64,000 nt of DNA from assembly GCA_002269645.1 (NCBI GenBank), contig NIVC01001345.1:8601-72600 (forward strand), in the 5' to 3' direction. Under the pieces are notes generated by a model. The model saw nothing but the letters and a program-made list of their open reading frames with translations. It had not been told where the DNA came from and ran no database searches. This document shows positions 52,601 through 64,000 of this stretch, piece after piece (within the stretch, counting starts at the first letter, position 1; each line of letters begins with the position of its first letter). The DNA is from Macrostomum lignano. Lineage: Eukaryota. The position numbers were made by a program, and so were the translations under genes.

Positions 52601-55600
52601 ACTAACAAGAACAACGGCAGCGCCTACATGGAACTACAAGACCCGTTCGCCATTATTTGACCCGGCACAATTTCAGAATAAGTCTGAAGCGGGTCCACTG
52701 CTATCTTTATTGCTTGCCGGCACGGAACATGCTTGAAAAGGGTTATAAAAGTGTAACATTAGGACTTGCATCTGCCTGATCATGATTCGCCATTTGCAAT
52801 GCCGAATTTCAGAAAACGCGTAGTGGACAAAATGCTGAAGAACTACACGAGGCAAAACAGCCCGAATGGAGGTGAGACTGAGAGGCTGCATGATTTTATA
52901 TAACACTGGTTTGTTAATAAAGGGAATACAGGGGAAGTTTCTGCTGAATGGTCTATCTCGGTAAACTCTTTTGTGCTTAAGGACCCGGGTTCGATTCCCT
53001 GCGTTGTTGCCAAATCTATAAATCAATTTATTCGGTAATTTGATTTGATAATTTTTTACAGATTCTACAACTACAGTGTATATAGGAATCTACGTGATCG
53101 GTTTCTATTCTATTAGTGAGGCTACCATGGTAAGTTATCTGTAGATTTCGATACAATCGGGTTAATACAAGATTTCGATACTTATTGGGTTCATACAAGA
53201 TTTCGATACTTATTGGGTTCATACAAGATTTCGATACTTATTGGGTTCATACAAGATTTCGATACATATCGGGTCCATGGCAATACTTAAATACAAATCG
53301 CCATCCCCACACGATTGCAGGACTACTCGCTAACCATTTACCTCCGGCTGCAGTGGACGGATCCCAGGCTGAGCTACAACAGCAGCGAAGTTGGCGGCAA
53401 GGCGCAAATCAAGCTGGAAGACAACATCTGGGAGAAGATCTGGGTGCCCGACGTGTTTCTCAGGTGCGCGGTCTGCTTCAAATATTTTTTAACGGTGTAA
53501 ACTATCCATCGGCGAAAGTTTTTTGGTCTTGTCTGAGGGGTCTCTGGATAATATAGTGCATCTGGAAGTAGTAAAGCTGGAATGGAGACGCTGGCAGGCA
53601 CTCTTATGCTGGGCCATTCGTGCGTGACCGAGAGCCGGCCACCGGGGGATGGCGAGCTTTGATTAAACGACTGCAGTTGTGGCTCTGGCAGTCTGGCTTG
53701 TCGGAGATGCAGCAATTTGTATCTGTACTTGTACTTTCTAATGCCTGCTATTAGAGTGTTTAGCTGCAGATATAAATATACAAATGTGTTGTCTGGTTTG
53801 ATAAAAATCAAAATACTTAAAGCAACTATAAGTCACTTATTTTGGTCCTCCATTCTGATAACTGTTAGAGGCTACACCCAGTTCTAATCTTATCATTTTT
53901 GAAGGCCGAAACCCAGTTCTAATCTTATCATTTTTGAAGGCCGAAACCCAGTTCTAATCTTATCATTTTTGAAGGCCGAAACCCAGTTCTAATCTTATCA
54001 TTTTTGAAGGTCGATAACCCGTTCCAATCTTATCATTTTTTGAAGGCCCCGATACCCAGTTCTAATCTTATCATTTTTGAAGGTCGATAACCAGTTCTAA
54101 TCTTATCTTTTTAAAGGCCCCGATACCCAGTTCTAATCTTATCATTTTTGAAGGTCGATAACCAGTTCTAATCTTATCATTTTTGAAGGCCGATAACCAG
54201 TTCCAATCTTATCATTTTTGACGGCCGATAACCAGTTCCAATCTTATCATTTTTTGAAGGCCGATAACCAGTTCCAATCTTATCTTTTTGAAGGCCCCGA
54301 TAACCAGTTCTAATCTTATCATTTTTGAAGGCCGATAACCAGTTCCAATCTTATCATTTTGACGGCCGATAACCAGTTCCAATCTTATCATTTTTTGAAG
54401 GCCGATACCCAGTTCTAATCTTATCTTTTTGAAGGCCCCGATACCCAGTTCTAATCTTATCATTTTTGAAGGTCGATAACCAGTTCTAATCTTATCTTTT
54501 TGAAGGCCCCGATAACCAGTTCTAATCTTATCATTTTTGAAGGCCGATAACCAGTTCTAATCTTATCTTTTTGAAGGCCCCGATAACCAGTTCTAATCTT
54601 ATCATTTTTGAAGGCCGATAACCAGTTCCAATCTTATCATTTTTGAAGGCCGATAACCAGTTCCAATCTTATCTTTTTGAAGGCCCCGATACCCAGTTCC
54701 AATCTTATCATTTTTGAAGGCCGATAACCAGTTCCAATCTTATCATTTTTGAAGGCCGATACCCAGTTCTAATCTTATCATTTTTGACGGCCGATAACCA
54801 GTTCCAATCTTATCATTTTTGAAGGCCGATAACCAGTTCCAATCTTATCATTTTTGAAGGCCGATACCCAGTTCTAATCTTATCATTTTTGACGGCCGAT
54901 AACCAGTTCTATTATGATCCTCATAAAAAATTGAGACTTCTTTACAAACCGCAGAAACGAGAAGAAGGCCGCCTTCCACTCGGTCACAATACCCAACCGG
55001 TTTATGAATCTTGAGCCCAATGGACGAATTTGGTACGTCATCAAGTAAGTTAATTTCATTCTCGCGCGTTACTACTAATAAGTCCAATTCAAAGTAGTAT
55101 TAAGTGACTACAATTATTAAATTATTTGTTTAATTGGCAGATTGTCAATCACGTTATCCTGCGAGATGAATTTGAAAAAATACCCATTGGACACCCAGAT
55201 GTGCCCTATGATGTTCGAAAGCTGTGAGTCTGCTTGCTCATTAGATCACTTTCCTATCTAACAGGATACCATCCTATCTAACAGGTTTCCATCCTATCTA
55301 ACAGGTTCCCATTCTATCTAACACGTTCCCATTCTATCTAACAAGTTCCCATTCTATCTAACAGGTTCCCATCTTATTTAGCTTGACCCTTCAAAAAGAC
55401 ATTGACGACAATTTTACGAACTTTTTGAATAACCCATTTAACAAATGGTCATTGGTCATTGCAAAACCTTGCCGGAACTCCAGTCGGCCACACCATGGAC
55501 ACCGTGGCCTTCAAGTGGTTGCAACCACCACGCCGACCAGACGACATACCAGAGGACCTGACCATGCCCCAGTTTGATTTAAAGAATGTCCACCTGAAAT

Positions 55601-57488
55601 CCTGCGATCTCAATTACACGACTGGTGCCTATCCGTGCCTGCAGATGACCTTCGAGTTGAAGAGGGACTTTGGCTATTTCCTTATTCAGGTTTGTGACAG
55701 CTCAACTCATATCATGACGGATAGTAGGGCTAGTATGTGACCCATTTCATGACCCACTATGTGACTAAAATCATGACCCATTATGCGAGTCTTCATGACC
55801 CACTATGTGACTCAAATCATGACCCATTTTGTGACTCATATCACTCATTATGTGACTCAAATCATGACCCACAATGTGACTCAAATCATGACCCGTTATG
55901 TGACACAAATCATGACCCATTATGTGATTCAAATCATGACCCATTATGCGACTCATATCATGACCCATTATGTGACTCATATCATGACCCATTATGTGAC
56001 TCATATCATGACCCATTATGTGACTCATATCATGATTCATTATGCGACTCAAATCATGACCCATTATGTGACTCAAATCATGACCCGTTATGTGACTCAT
56101 ATCATGACCCATTATGTGACTCATATCATGACCCATTATGCGACTCATATCATGACCCATTATGTGACTCATATCATGACCCATTATGTGACTCATATCA
56201 TGACCCATTATGTGACTCATATCATGATTCATTATGCGACTCAAATCATGACCCATGATGTGACTCATCATGACCCATATTGCTACCAATATCATGACCC
56301 ATCATGTAACTCCAATCATGACCCATTATGTGACTCAAATCATGACCCATACTGCGACCTATATCATGACCCATCATGTAACTCAAATCATGACCCATTA
56401 TGTAACTCAAATCATGACCCATTATGTAACTCAAATCATGACCCATTATGTAACTCAAATCATGACCCATTATGTGACTCAAATCATGACCCATTATGCG
56501 ACTCAATCATGACCCATTATGTGACTCATATCATGACCCATCATGTAACTCAAATCATGACCGATTATGTAACTCAAATCATGACCCATTACATGATGAA
56601 TCATAACATAATAACATTTCTTCACTGCCTGATTGTGAAATTTCCAGATCTACATACCCACAGTTCTGATAGTAATTCTAAGTTGGTTCTCGTTTTGGCT
56701 TAACATCGACTCCGTACCTGGCCGAGTGAGTCTGGGACTGCTCACAGGTGAGATGATGATGATCATGCTGAATATACTGTATGTACATGGTGATAATAAT
56801 GTCATAATCATGCGATCTATTTTTGATAATCATGTGATGTGTATGTGATAAAATCATGTGATGTCTATGGATAACCCTACGATAACCATCCCATAATGAT
56901 GTGATAAAGTCTGCAACAACCATTCCCTCCCCAGTGCTGACCATCACCACTCAGGCCTCCAGCGCCAAGTCCTCCCTGCCCAAGGTGTCCTATATCAAAG
57001 CCATCGACGTGTGGATGAGCGTCTGCCTGGGTTTCGTGTTCGCCTCACTGCTAGAGTTTGCAATCGTCAATGTGTACAGCAGAGAGGAGTCGTCTGGAGC
57101 CGCCGCCAAGAGGCAGCAGCAGCAGCTCCGCAGCCGCAACAGGCGCTCCGGCGGCAGCGGCGGCGGCGGGCTTCTTCGACGCGTCGGTCGAAAACGCGGC
57201 GGCATCGGAGGAGGCGGTGGCGGCGGCGGCGGCGGCGGCGGTTCGAGCGGCCTGCGGATCAGGACGGACAGCAACTCGCCTGTCTTCATGCGCGACACCG
57301 TCCTGATGCTCGAGGAGGCGCCGCCGCCGTCACCGCCGCAGGCTCAGTCGGCGGCTCCTCCGATGCCGAAGCAGAGACCGAATATGCCGACGGCTAAAAA
57401 AATCGATAAATTTTCGAGAAGATTTTTTCCGCTATCGTTTGCACTGTTTAACGTGGTCTACTGGGTTTACTACCTGATCATTGCCTGA
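49643..57488 (+). CDS. Cys-loop ligand-gated chloride channel subunit (glycine receptor alpha/GluCl-like), 9 exons, 465 aa
   Basis: Exons 49643-49737 (signal peptide), 52813-52871, 53062-53129, 53321-53463, 54955-55044, 55141-55223, 55484-55689, 56648-56747 and 56935-57488. All GT-AG and phase-consistent, 1398 nt in total. Motifs: [19 protein letters not shown]-x13-C loop [15 protein letters not shown], loop-C disulfide [13 protein letters not shown]2 [14 protein letters not shown]3 KAIDVW, M4 [16 protein letters not shown]. Confidence 0.95.
50090..50870. repeat. 18-bp minisatellite (GAGTGAGAGGGGTTACTG)n, channel intron 1
   Basis: About 43 units. Confidence 0.95.
51735..52440. repeat. 15/17-bp minisatellite (GGGTCATAGACAGTTTT)n, channel intron 1
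   Basis: A variant block GGGTCGTAGATAGTTTCGTGTCGTAGAAAG recurs at about 51840, 52021 and 52167. Confidence 0.93.
52935..53010 (+). pseudogene. Degenerate tRNA-like sequence (SINE head or tRNA pseudogene) in channel intron 2
   Basis: A-box-like TGCTGAATGGT (about 52942) and B box GGTTCGATTCC (52988-98) with a one-mismatch T stem; no convincing acceptor or anticodon stem. Confidence 0.35.
53160..53270. repeat. 28-bp repeat (GGGTTCATACAAGATTTCGATACTTATT) x4, channel intron 3
   Basis: Direct inspection. Confidence 0.9.
53875..54910. repeat. ~35-bp minisatellite (CCAGTTCTAATCTTATCATTTTTGAAGGCCGATAA)n, channel intron 4
   Basis: About 29 units. Confidence 0.95.
55245..55380. repeat. 20-bp repeat (CCAT[C/T]CTATCTAACAGGTT[T/C]), channel intron 6
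   Basis: About 6 units. Confidence 0.88.
55735..56600. repeat. 24-bp minisatellite (ATCATGACCCATTATGTGACTCA[A/T])n, channel intron 7
   Basis: About 36 units. Confidence 0.95.
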
Positions 57489-57549
57489 GCCCGCCTTGAG
57501 GCAGGGCTCCGTGGACAACTGGAGCGGAGCCTCTGGACAGTAGTTTTCA

Positions 57550-58262
57550 GGGTAATCATTGAGAGATCTGTGTAATCATTGAGAGATCTGGGTAATCATT
57601 GAGAGATCTGTGTAATCATTGAGAGATCTGGGTAATCATTGAGATCTGGGTAATCCTTGTGAGATCTGGGTAATCATTGAGAGATCTGGGTAATCATTGA
57701 GAGATCTGGGTAATCATTGAGAGATCTGGGTAATCATTGAGAGATCTGGGTAATCATTGAGAGATCTGGGTAATCATTGAGAGATCAGGGTAATCATTGT
57801 GAGATCTGGGTAATCATTGAGAGATCTGGGTAATCATTGAGAGATCTGGGTAATCATTGAGAGATCTGGGTAATCATTGAGAGATCTGGGAAATCATTGA
57901 GAGATCTGGGTAATCATTGAGAGATCAGGGTAATCATTGAGAGATCTGGGTAATCATTGAGAGATCTGGGTGATCATTGTGAGATCTGGGTAATCATTGA
58001 GAGATCTGGGTAATCATTGTGAGATCTGGGTAATCATTGAGAGATTTGAGGTAATCATTGAGAGATCTGGGGTAATCATTGAGAGATCTGGAGTAATCAT
58101 GGAGAGATTTGAGGTAATCATTGAGAGATTTGAGGTAATCATTGAGAGATCTGGGGTAATCATTGAGAGATCTGGGGTAATCATTGAGAGATCTGGGGTA
58201 ATCATTGAGAGATCTGGGGTAATCATTGAGAGATCTGGGGTAATCATTGAGAGATCTGGGTA
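57550..58262. repeat. 20-bp then 21-bp minisatellite (GAGATCTGGG[G]TAATCATTGA)n just 3' of the channel stop
   Basis: The unit gains one base after about 58040. Confidence 0.95.
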
Positions 58263-60095
58263 GTCGTTGTGGGACTTCAGGAAAGTTACCTATACGAGTA
58301 ATGCAGGGGTGTGAAAAAAAATATAAATGTTTGATTTTGAACCAATGAAACTTCTCCTATTTTCTGTTTTACTCGTGGCAATCGCAGCTTTCTGTTTGAT
58401 TGATTAGAAAAGTCATAGTCAGTTAATTTTTTGTGATTTCTATTATATACAGTAATTCTTTCGAACCATTCTATTCTATTGCGAATCTAAAATGCTTATC
58501 TACTCGACTCGACGCTGACACGAAAACAGGTTGTAATAATTTATACGTAATAATTAGTGATTATTTTGTATATTCATTGGCAAAATATTTTTATTTTATT
58601 TTATGTACATAAATTTTAAAACAAGTATTTTGTGTTTTTAATGATTAAATATAAATACGCGTTTGTTTATCTGCTTTTAATTGATTTGTTAATGTGCTTC
58701 AGAAATTAAAAAGCGAATTTTACTCACAAATTGCATGTCAAGATAAAACTATACAGCATGCTGACTGACCAAATTTAATTACCAGCATGACGAGTCAATA
58801 TTTTAAACTTTTGTCCGTTTTTTCAAGTCCGCAAGTTGATCAAATATTGCTGCTAGGCCAGAATACGATGGATGTTCCATAAGTCCTTTCACTATTGAGT
58901 ATTGCTCAGGCTGTAGCTATAGACGTTTTATTGCAAAGTGGTTTTTGAAAGCCGGTAGAACTTATATATACTTCTTTTGACGCCAATGTCACTTGAAAAT
59001 ACCTCTTTTGAGCAAAATTCCATGTGTTCTGCAGTGAAAGGGTCTGCCATAGAGTTACGAAAACATACGAAAACGATAAATAACCTGCGGTTCCAGTGCG
59101 TGACGTCGTTGTCACGTGCTGCGACCGCTGATTCTTGCCATTGTTTTTTTCTGTTTGACGATCTGTTTGACGTAATAATGTATTGTTCTGCATAAAATGT
59201 GCGAACAACGATCGTCAAATTGCTAAAAAATGCCTCAGCGCTGCAGAAATGCATGATGGCAATAAAATGTAAGTGTCAACAAAGACAGCACAAAGTACTT
59301 TAAAAGTAATTTAAGATTGTGAGAAACCTTTCCTTTTCTTCCGCTTCCGAGGTCTGATTGCAAAGCGGGTTTCGACTGAGAACTTTCATCCCTGCTTCTT
59401 TTGACGCCAAAGCTATATCAAAGTTTTAAGCCAGCTCTAAGCTATAAGAGTTTTTCATCGACACCTACCACTGCTTGTCGGGTAACATTTTTGAGCTGTG
59501 TGTGGCCAAATCGGGTATTGCAACAGGCAAATTCAGCCAAAATCTGAACGATTGTCCTTGCATAAACTTTGCTCTCTATAGTCTAGAGATATCGATCTGT
59601 AGTAAAAAAAACCCAGCCAAAAAGACACCTTTGAACATCAGCTGTTCACAACTTAAACTAAAAAAATCTTTTCATCTGGTACACAATATAATTAGAAGCA
59701 TGCTTATAATTAGATAGCTGTCCATGCCTCATGCTGTCCTACAACAGGCATTCAGCATCATAGAGTCGTATTCAAGCCCACTATACAAGCTTGACAAACA
59801 ACTGAAGGTTTGCCTTCAGTTTCAACTGTGCAGTCAAGGAATTTACCGAAACGAGAATAAATTATCCGTCAGCGCCTCTTTGGAGCTGGGAAGTTAATTA
59901 ATCGATTACTAATACTCTCGTATCAAAAGTAAGTGTCAGTGAGTGTTGAAACACAGTTCGTTTTCGCAAACTGAAAAAATAAAATAAACAAAAGATTAGA
60001 CATTTGTTTTAAAGCAATTTTCAAGTACGGAATACAGTGGGTATACGTGTACATATGGCACATCGATAGCAGTTCCTGGAGTTGGCCGATTCCGG

Positions 60096-60552
60096 TCAGT
60101 TCTCAGCCAGCCGTCGCCACATCAGCCGGTACCACTGGTCGCCGCTGTCGCTGTCCCCGCCGTACAGCTGCTGCCGTCCGAAGCCGTGATTTTGCTGCGG
60201 CTCATACTCGTGCACCGAGTTGCTGGTCATGTCGAATCGAACGCCGCGTCGTGGCCCGGCAGACTGGCTGCGAGTAAGCCGGCTTCTGGGACCCGGATGT
60301 GACTGCTTCTGCAGCTGCTGCAGCTGCTGTGGTGGCTGAACCACAGGAGTGGCTGCCGCAGGACCACCGTTGCCGTTGCTTGTAGATTTATCAGCTGCGG
60401 CGGGTTCTTCATCAGTGGATGCTGGCGTGGCTGCTGCTTTCAGCTGCATCTGCTGCTGCTGTTGCTGCTGTTGCTGCTGGAGGAGCGCGACTCTCTGAGA
60501 GCCGCCAGCTGTGTGAGGCCGCTGTGCTGAGGTTGCGGATACACGAAGCTGC

Positions 60553-60590
<38 letters not shown>

Positions 60591-60828
60591 AGGCTGCTTC
60601 GGAGCCATGGGAGGCTTCTTTAGTATCGACTTGATTGGATAGATCTCGGTGGTGCAGCTGCCTTCGGTCACTGAGACCAGCGGCTTGTCTGGTGTGACCT
60701 GGACAACAGCGGATGCCGCTGTTGCTGCTGTTGAGTTTGTTGTTACTGTTGTGGCTTCCGACGAAGCCTGAGAATAGGATGGAGGCGGTTTGGATCGGGG
60801 CGATGGAGGAGGTAGTGATGTAGAAGAT

Positions 60829-60909
<81 letters not shown>

Positions 60910-62268
60910 GGTCGTTGCTCCTGCGGTTGCTGTTGTGGTTGCTGCTGCGGCTGCGTCTGCTTTTGTAGAGTTGGTTGCTGTTGTTGTTGCTGAGTCTGCT
61001 TTTGTAGAGTTGGTTGCTGTTGTTGTTGCTGAGTCTGCTTTTGTAGAGTTGGTTGTTGTTGTTGTTGTTGTTGCTGCTGCTCTTGAAGTCTGTTAAGAAA
61101 GTTCATATAGGAAAAGCTGGTTACGTTGCCACTGGTGCTGGTTGCCGAGTGGGCAAAACTGAGGGCCGGAGTTGGCTGCGGCGGCGCCTGCGGCTGAGGC
61201 TGCTGCGGTTGAGAAGTGGAAGTTGGAACCACTTGCTTTGGCGTGTTCGCTGCCAGACCAGATCGCGATACCATTGACAACGGTTGCTGCTGTTGCTGCG
61301 GCTGCTGCTGCTGCTGCTGCTGAGGCTGACGGGCAACCGAGTTTGCCTGTCCAGCTGTTATTGTTGTCGCTGTCGGCGTCACCATCGTGGTCGAGGCTGT
61401 TGCTACCGCCGGCTTAGCCGTTGTTGCTGTTGTGGTTGTTGTCGGCATTTCAGTGACCGCAGGTGCCGTCTGGCCGCCACCCTTGTCGCCCGACTCGGCG
61501 GCCGTCTTTGCCAGAGTTGTCTCCGTAGCCGCCGGCTTCAGCCCGATCGTTGGCGCCTCGACCCCGGCGCTCGGCAAGGCAGACGACGACGAAACGGAAG
61601 CCGCGGCGGCGGTTAGGACGGTTAAGCCTACGACCGGTGCTCACAGTGTGGTGATTGTGCTGCGGCTGGGCCCCTGCATCCGGTCCGTTGGGAGCCGCCG
61701 CTGCGGCCGCCGCTGCGATGCTCGCCGTAGTCAGAGGCGTGGCCGCTCGTCCGCGCAGAGCCGACGGCGGCAGGTAGCCTCCCTGGCCGGCTGGCGGCTC
61801 TGGCGTCGGCGAACGGTGACGGCCCGCAACTCCGCCATAGCCGCCCCGAGCACTCCGGGCACGTCGGCGCCCTCCGGCGGCGCCGAAAACCGCGCTGCTG
61901 GCCCGGGTTGTGCCGAGCGGTCGCTGCTGCTGGTGCGGCTGCTGTTGCTGCTGGTGCGGGTAGCGCAGCTGCTGGTGCATGCTGCGGTAGATTCCATAAC
62001 CGCTGGCTGGCCGGTAGCTCGACTGGTGCTGAAGGCCGTCCGAGTTTGCCGCCACCGACGCCGATGAAGCGGAGTTTTGCGGCTTAACGGCGTAGCTGCC
62101 GTCGCGAAAGACGGCCAAGCTGAGCCAGGGGTGCGGCGACGCCTGGCGAGCTTCAATTTTTGCTTTCCAAGCGTTGTACCAGTGAGAGCCAGCGCCTGCG
62201 AGCTGCTGCTGCTGCTGCGGCTGTTGCTCGGACTGCTGCTGCTGCTGGTGCTGCTGGTGATTGTACAT
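60096..62268 (-). CDS. Glutamine-rich disordered protein with SILK and RVxF PP1-docking motifs; junction between its two ORFs unresolved
   Basis: ORF 62268-61450 (MYNHQQ..) and ORF 61577-60096 overlap in different frames; polyQ CAG tracts; IKSILKK (60618-29) and RRGVRFD..VHEYE (60234-48). Confidence 0.7.
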
Positions 62269-63609
62269 GTCTGCTTTGTCTAGAAGTTACCTGGGTATAT
62301 TGTCGCACAAGTAAGTTAGTTGATCAGTCGGTTGCTACAGACGCTTTGCCATTTTGCTCCTTGGCGACCCGCAGTCTCCCAGTCTCGGATTGACGGCAGT
62401 CGAGAGTTCTCTCTTATTCGAGGCCAGCTTCTGCCTGCCTGACCCGAGGAGCGGACGGACGCTGGTTCGAGTCAGGTGTTAAATCGATTCGATAGAATTC
62501 GATAGACAAGCCAAGCTAGAATATGCAGCTCTGCTTTTTGGCTGTGTTGCTAGGGCAGAGTCCTCTGGCGTGTCTCTCTTTCTCCTGCCCTCCCCCGACC
62601 AAAGCGGGTATTGTTAGAGGAGGTTGGCAAGCAGCTTCGCTCAAAGTTTCGGTGTCAGTGTCTCAGCGTTTGCAGAGATGCAGGCGCTGTATAGTTTAGA
62701 AAAATAAGAAGCTTATATCAGCCTGAGCAGCAGCAAAGCGGCAGGGCTCGACTAGTTCAATGAGACGCGAATTTCTTTCTCTTAATTTCTCTTCTCTCGA
62801 GCTGCTGATATAGTGGCGCTGGACCCGCGGCCTTGTCTTACCCAGCGTTTCTGTCTTCTATTGTGCTGCTGCCACAGTCGCCCCCAGAGCTGCCCTCGTC
62901 GGGCACTTTCGGCGCATTGATGAAGCTCGCCGGAGACGGGGCTGGGTTCGAAGAGAGAGAAAACGGAAAGAGAAGGTTAGATAGGCGGCCTACTTAGAGT
63001 CTTGCAATGCCTCGAGTACAGTGAGCTGTGCCTGAGCCCTTACTGGACTCCGCTCCGTCAGAGATAGGGGCGCTCTGGGCGCTAGGGAGAGACAGCAGGT
63101 TAGAAGTTGTGGAAGCTCCATTCGCAGCTTTCCTTTTACGGCTGCTGCGCACAGTCCAAACTTTGAGTATAGTGCTGGAGTTTCATACTCGTGTGCGCGC
63201 TCAAGCAATCAAGCAAGCAAATTTTTATTTAATCAGACATTAAGCTCGTAAACTGTTGGCCAACACGAACAGAACCTTTGGGCAGGACTTCTTCTTTTCG
63301 GGTTATACATTGTACTTCAGGGCCCCTCTCTTTTATTGTGCGTATCTCAACGCTTTATACGGCCGCTGCACTGCTGGCCACTTTAAAGCAGCAACAGCTT
63401 TTTCTGCTCTAGTGGCCGGCCGGCCTTTGGCTCAAACTATCTGCATTTCGAGCTTTTTCATCCTATAATTATTTTAGCCTTTGAGCGAGTTTGGTGAAGC
63501 ATGCAGTTATAACTAATGCGTATTGCGGTACCGATACCTTCGTTCAATGTATGCGGAATTTCAAGAAACCGTTCTTACATATTAATTATCTTTTTATCTG
63601 ATTTCGTGT

Positions 63610-64000
63610 TTAAGTCACCAATTCGTCCCTTATCTTTGACGGATTCTCATTGGCTGTTTAAGGCACCAATTCGTCCCTTATCTTTGACGGATTCTCATTG
63701 GCTGTTTAAGGCACCAATTCGTCCCTTATCTTTGACGGATTCTCATTGGCTGTTTAAGGCACCAATTTGTCCCTTATCTTTGACGAATTCTCATTGGCTG
63801 TTTAAGGCACCAATGTGTCCCTTATCTTTGACGGATTCTCATTGGCTGTTTAAGGCACCAATTCGTCCCTTATCTTTGACGGATTCTCATTGGCTGTTTA
63901 AGGCACCAATTTGTCCCTTATCTTTGACGGATTCTCATTGGCTGTTTAAGGCACCAATTCGTCCCTTATCCTACATGCCTCATTGGCTGTTTAAGGCACC
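63610..64000. repeat. 48-bp tandem repeat (TTTGACGGATTCTCATTGGCTGTTTAAGGCACCAATTCGTCCCTTATC)n running off the window end
   Basis: About 8 units, each with ATTGG and CCAAT. Confidence 0.95.

Noticed and set aside
52677-52790. Candidate channel exon after tttcag at 52676
   Set aside because: Hits a stop in the required phase and has no Cys-loop similarity; 52813-52871 fits instead.
55737-56703. IMTHYVTH / HDPLCDS ORFs
   Set aside because: 24-bp array inside channel intron 7; the true exons flank it with matching phases.

Overview
Eukaryotic (animal) genomic DNA with spliceosomal introns and no CRISPR or rRNA. The GC-rich exons, polyQ proteins and minisatellite-filled introns resemble a Macrostomum-type flatworm, but that assignment is inference only. 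Four host genes were reconstructed by hand: a 2-exon C2H2 zinc-finger gene (minus, 326-1948); head-to-head with it, a 5-exon WD40+FYVE gene, WDFY1/2 ortholog (plus, 3195-23917), with a 13.2-kb GC-AG first intron; a 9-exon glycine-receptor/GluCl-like Cys-loop anion channel (plus, 49643-57488); and a Q-rich disordered protein with SILK and RVxF PP1-docking motifs (minus, 60096-62268). WDFY intron 1 holds an intact DD34D mariner and a 10.5-kb unit with hAT-like ends. That unit carries a CACTA/EnSpm-like transposase fragment, a BEN-like gene remnant, a hairpin MITE and a 3.2-kb Chapaev-type transposon (RAG1-N-like Chapa finger, 248-bp TIRs, unexpected 5-bp TSD). Two LINEs sit inside G-run minisatellites. 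One is an Ingi-type element whose 5' end folds as an HDV-like ribozyme with a four-way junction inside P1, followed by a 2A StopGo peptide. The other is an R1/LOA-type element with a TAATG ORF1/ORF2 overlap. Most introns contain a minisatellite with its own private unit. Splice models and RNA folds were derived by eye and were not checked by any database search or folding program.
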